DNA of 64,000 nucleotides from a candidate division WOR-3 bacterium (GTDB lineage: Bacteria; Hydrothermota; Hydrothermia; LBFQ01). Below are positions 61,510 through 64,000 of this stretch, one piece after another. Numbering within the stretch: the stretch's first letter is position 1; the number at the start of each line of letters is the position of its first letter. The stretch spans positions 14,350 through 78,349 of the forward strand of contig JBDRWW010000007.1 of assembly GCA_039802605.1 (NCBI GenBank), given 5' to 3'. The position numbers were made by a program, and so were the translations under genes. The notes under the pieces were generated by a model. The model was not told where the DNA came from. It was given only the letters and a program-made list of their open reading frames with translations, and made no database searches.

Positions 61510-62934
61510 TTATCCTACACTCCCCTCCATTTCCAATTCTATGAGCCTGTTTAACTCAACGGCATATTCCATAGGGAGGGTTTTGGTAAAGGGTTCTATA
61601 AAACCGAGAACAATTAAGGAATAGGCTTCCGCTTCGGTTAAGCCCCTACTCATGAGGTAGAATATCTCATCATCCCCAATTCTACCAACCGTTGCCTCGT
61701 GCCCTATATGGACGTTATCCTCTTCAATTTCTATGTACGGGTATGTGTCAGATCTGGAAATGGGGTCAAGGATTAGGGCGTCGCACCTAACATTTGATTT
61801 AACCCCCTTTGCACCCTTTACAACTTTTAGTATACCCCTATAAGTCGTTCTGCCACCATCCTTTGAGACGGATTTTGATGTTATGGTTGATGTCGTATAA
61901 GGCGCCAAATGTAATGCCTTTGCCCCGCTATCCTGAATCTGCCCCTTACCCGCGTACGAAACCGTTAATATTTCGGTTCTCGCCCCAGGTTCTTTGAGGA
62001 TAACACCAGGATATTTCATCGTTACCTTGCTTCCCAATTCCCCATTAACCCATTCAACAAATGCATCCCTATACGCAATGGCCCTTTTTGTGACGAGGTT
62101 ATATATATGTTTTGCCCAGTTCTGGATTGTGGTATATCTTACATGGGAGCCGGGTTTAGCGATTATCTCAACAACGGCTGAGTGTAGGGAACCGGAGGAA
62201 TATATAGGGGCCGTGCAACCTTCAATATAATGCACTTTGGCTCCTTCCTCGACTATTATAAGCGTCCTTTCAAACTGGCCAAAATTTTCAAGGTTTATAC
62301 GGAAGTACGTTTGAAGTGGAATATCAACTTCCACACCCTTTGGGACATATACAAAGGAACCACCCGACCATACGGCCGTATTTAAGGCGGCGAATTTATT
62401 GTCGGAATAGGGGACAACCGTGCCAAAGTACTCTTTAACGAGATCCGGATATTCCCTAACCGCCGTGTCCATATCCGTGAATATTACCCCTTTCCTTTCA
62501 AGGTCTTCCCTTATCTTGTGGTATATTACCTCGGAATCGTATTGTGCGGTTACACCCGCCAAATATTTCCTCTCCGCTTCGGGTATTCCAAGCCTTTCAA
62601 ATGTCCTCCTAAGAGACTCCGGAACCTCATCCCAACTCCTCGCCTTTCTATTCGGATCCGTGGGGGAAGCGTAGTATACGATTTTATCAAACATGGCCTC
62701 AACTTCCGAAAGATCTGGACCCCATGCGGGCATGGGCCTTCTTATAAAGTGTTCATAAGCCTTTAACCTGATCTCCCTCATCCAATCGGGCTCGCCCTTT
62801 ATGTGGGAAATTTCCTCAATTAACTCCCTTGATAAACCGGGTTTCCCTATGTATTTGTATTCAATCTCATCCCTGAAAGCGTATTTCGAATAGTCAAACT
62901 CCAACTCCGGTTGTTCTTGCTTAACCTTTGGCAT
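61510..62934 (-). CDS. sufB: Fe-S cluster assembly protein SufB
   Basis: LGIPEAERKYLAG, WSGGSF, GQFERTLI, EGCTAP, LHSAVVE, HEATV, LPMEYAVEL. Confidence 0.97.
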   Translation of the reverse strand: MPKVKQEQPELEFDYSKYAFRDEIEYKYIGKPGLSRELIEEISHIKGEPDWMREIRLKAYEHFIRRPMPAWGPDLSEVEAMFDKIVYYASPTDPNRKARSWDEVPESLRRTFERLGIPEAERKYLAGVTAQYDSEVIYHKIREDLERKGVIFTDMDTAVREYPDLVKEYFGTVVPYSDNKFAALNTAVWSGGSFVYVPKGVEVDIPLQTYFRINLENFGQFERTLIIVEEGAKVHYIEGCTAPIYSSGSLHSAVVEIIAKPGSHVRYTTIQNWAKHIYNLVTKRAIAYRDAFVEWVNGELGSKVTMKYPGVILKEPGARTEILTVSYAGKGQIQDSGAKALHLAPYTTSTITSKSVSKDGGRTTYRGILKVVKGAKGVKSNVRCDALILDPISRSDTYPYIEIEEDNVHIGHEATVGRIGDDEIFYLMSRGLTEAEAYSLIVLGFIEPFTKTLPMEYAVELNRLIELEMEGSVG

Positions 62935-63676
62935 ACTCCACCTCCCTTAACAAACTTTCATAACCCTTTTCCTCCAATTCAAGCGATAACTCAAACCCCC
63001 CACTCTTAACTATCCTCCCATCAACCATAACATGCACATAATCCGGCTTTATAAAGTTCAAAATCCTCTGGTAGTGGGTTATTATAAGCATTGACATATT
63101 CGGGTTTTCTTCTTTGGCCCTTGTTAGTACATCGCCAACCAACTTTACGGCATCTATGTCCAAACCGGAATCTATCTCGTCAAGTATTGCCAACTTTGGT
63201 TTTAATGTTAGAAGTTGTGCCACCTCGGACCTCTTCTTCTCACCGCCGGAAAAACCCACATTTAGATACCTGTCTATGAAATCCTCCATTTTTAACTTTC
63301 CATAAGCCTCCTTTAAGATCTTTCTGAATTCAAAGGGGGATATTTTTAAGCCCCTTTCTTGCGCCGCTTTCCAGAGCATTTGCGAAACCCTCACGCCCTC
63401 GATTTCCAAAGGGTGCTGAAAGGCTAAGAATATACCCTTTTTTGCCCTTTCATCTGTGGAAAGTTCCAAGATGCTCTCGCCTTCAAACAGTATGTCCCCT
63501 TCTTCAACGGAGTATGCGGGGTGCCCCATTATCGCGAGGGTTAATGTACTCTTACCGGAGCCGTTTGGACCCATAACCGCGTGGATTTCCCCGGGGTTTA
63601 TGGTTAAATTAACCCCTTTCAATATCCTATTGCCTTCCACGGATACAGCCAAATTTCTTATTTCAAGTAGTGCCAT
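62921..63676 (-). CDS. sufC: Fe-S cluster assembly ATPase SufC
   Basis: [43 protein letters not shown]. Confidence 0.97.
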   Translation of the reverse strand: MALLEIRNLAVSVEGNRILKGVNLTINPGEIHAVMGPNGSGKSTLTLAIMGHPAYSVEEGDILFEGESILELSTDERAKKGIFLAFQHPLEIEGVRVSQMLWKAAQERGLKISPFEFRKILKEAYGKLKMEDFIDRYLNVGFSGGEKKRSEVAQLLTLKPKLAILDEIDSGLDIDAVKLVGDVLTRAKEENPNMSMLIITHYQRILNFIKPDYVHVMVDGRIVKSGGFELSLELEEKGYESLLREVEYAKG

Positions 63677-63696
63677 ATACGGGTATTATAAGGCTG

Positions 63697-63721
63697 AAAA
63701 TTGACTTAAAAGGTCAGGATT
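63697..63721. promoter_or_regulatory. Putative IscR/Rrf2-type operator over the sufCB promoter
   Basis: AAAATTGACTTAAAAGGTCAGGATT contains a TGAC-N7-GTCA dyad, just upstream of the sufC -10 box (63685-63690, minus strand). Confidence 0.55.
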
Positions 63722-64000
63722 TATTTACACCCCTTACCGGTGTACGCGCATAGATCGTACCTGAAAATGTAAGCCTTTACATAGCGAGGTATGGGTGTGG
63801 GGATTTTTGGGGATGTCATACAAGTTGTAGTCGTTGAACTGCTTCCACCACTACAGTCGCCACAGGATGTAGATGTCCCAGATGAACCACAAGAGGGCTC
63901 TCCGCAAGTTGTAGTCGTTGAACTGCTTCCACCACTACAGTCGCCACAGGATGTAGATGTCCCAGATGAACCACAAGAGGGCTCTCCGCTAACACAGTTA
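63721..64000 (-). CDS. C-terminal part of a Cys/Ser/Gly/Thr-rich repeat protein (5' end outside the window)
   Basis: Manual translation from 63999: NCVS(GEPSCGSSGTSTSCGDCSGGSSSTTTTC)x2 MTSPKIPTPIPRYVKAYIFRYDLCAYTGKGCK*. Confidence 0.6.
   Translation of the reverse strand, partial: NCVSGEPSCGSSGTSTSCGDCSGGSSSTTTTCGEPSCGSSGTSTSCGDCSGGSSSTTTTCMTSPKIPTPIPRYVKAYIFRYDLCAYTGKGCK
63821..63988. repeat. Exact 84-bp tandem duplication
   Basis: 63821-63904 is identical to 63905-63988. The length is a multiple of 3. Confidence 0.95.

Noticed and set aside
568..63704. Many short overlapping ORFs in the ORF track (e.g. 568..1005, 6773..7309, 8468..9136, 20987..21535, 56621..56965)
   Set aside because: They are antisense or off-frame shadows of well-supported genes and have no recognisable motifs.
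63821..63988. 84-bp repeat as a CRISPR array
   Set aside because: The two copies are contiguous and fully identical with no unique spacer. The unit is in frame, and no cas genes are present.
63791..64000. Plus-strand ORF MGVGIFGDVIQVVVVELLPP...
   Set aside because: It is antisense to the Cys-rich frame, has no TAnAAT box at the usual distance, and its GAGGT abuts the ATG. Probably a shadow ORF, though not fully excluded.
1..64000. tRNA, rRNA, prophage or IS elements
   Set aside because: Intergenic spaces are very short, and I saw no cloverleaf, integrase, transposase or phage gene. Small ncRNAs cannot be excluded without a covariance-model search.

Overview
Gene-dense 64 kb of bacterial chromosome with about 55 CDS. 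I could not recognise any rRNA, tRNA, CRISPR array or mobile element. The Lys/Glu/Ile/Tyr-rich proteins, V-type ATPase B subunit, ino1, PorV and T9SS-type C-terminal domains suggest a thermophilic diderm near the FCB group, possibly WOR-3/Hydrothermae-like (inference). Housekeeping genes (gltX, ruvB, ftsK, recJ, purD, mrdA, tsaD, atpB, cyoE, ribA, nuoB, sufCB) are scattered, often without their usual operon partners. Main observations: (1) A 14.4 kb, 10-gene operon couples ExbB/ExbD/ExbD/TonB and a TonB-dependent receptor to three T9SS-CTD cargo proteins, a local PorV and a TPR lipoprotein. It has no SusD, and one cargo looks like an inactive M30-like peptidase. (2) Promoters appear almost uniformly leaderless: TA[T/G/A]AAT lies 6-9 nt before the start codon of 25 genes, with no Shine-Dalgarno. 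(3) Exported proteins are strongly enriched in D-(S/T)-X sequons, suggesting Bacteroidota-like general O-glycosylation. (4) Several exported proteins have ultra-short or absent signal peptides. (5) Smaller items are a DUF6754-type membrane pair, an orphan McrB-like GTPase, two frameshifted lipoprotein genes, an IscR-like operator before sufCB, and a Cys-rich 84-bp tandem repeat at the right edge.
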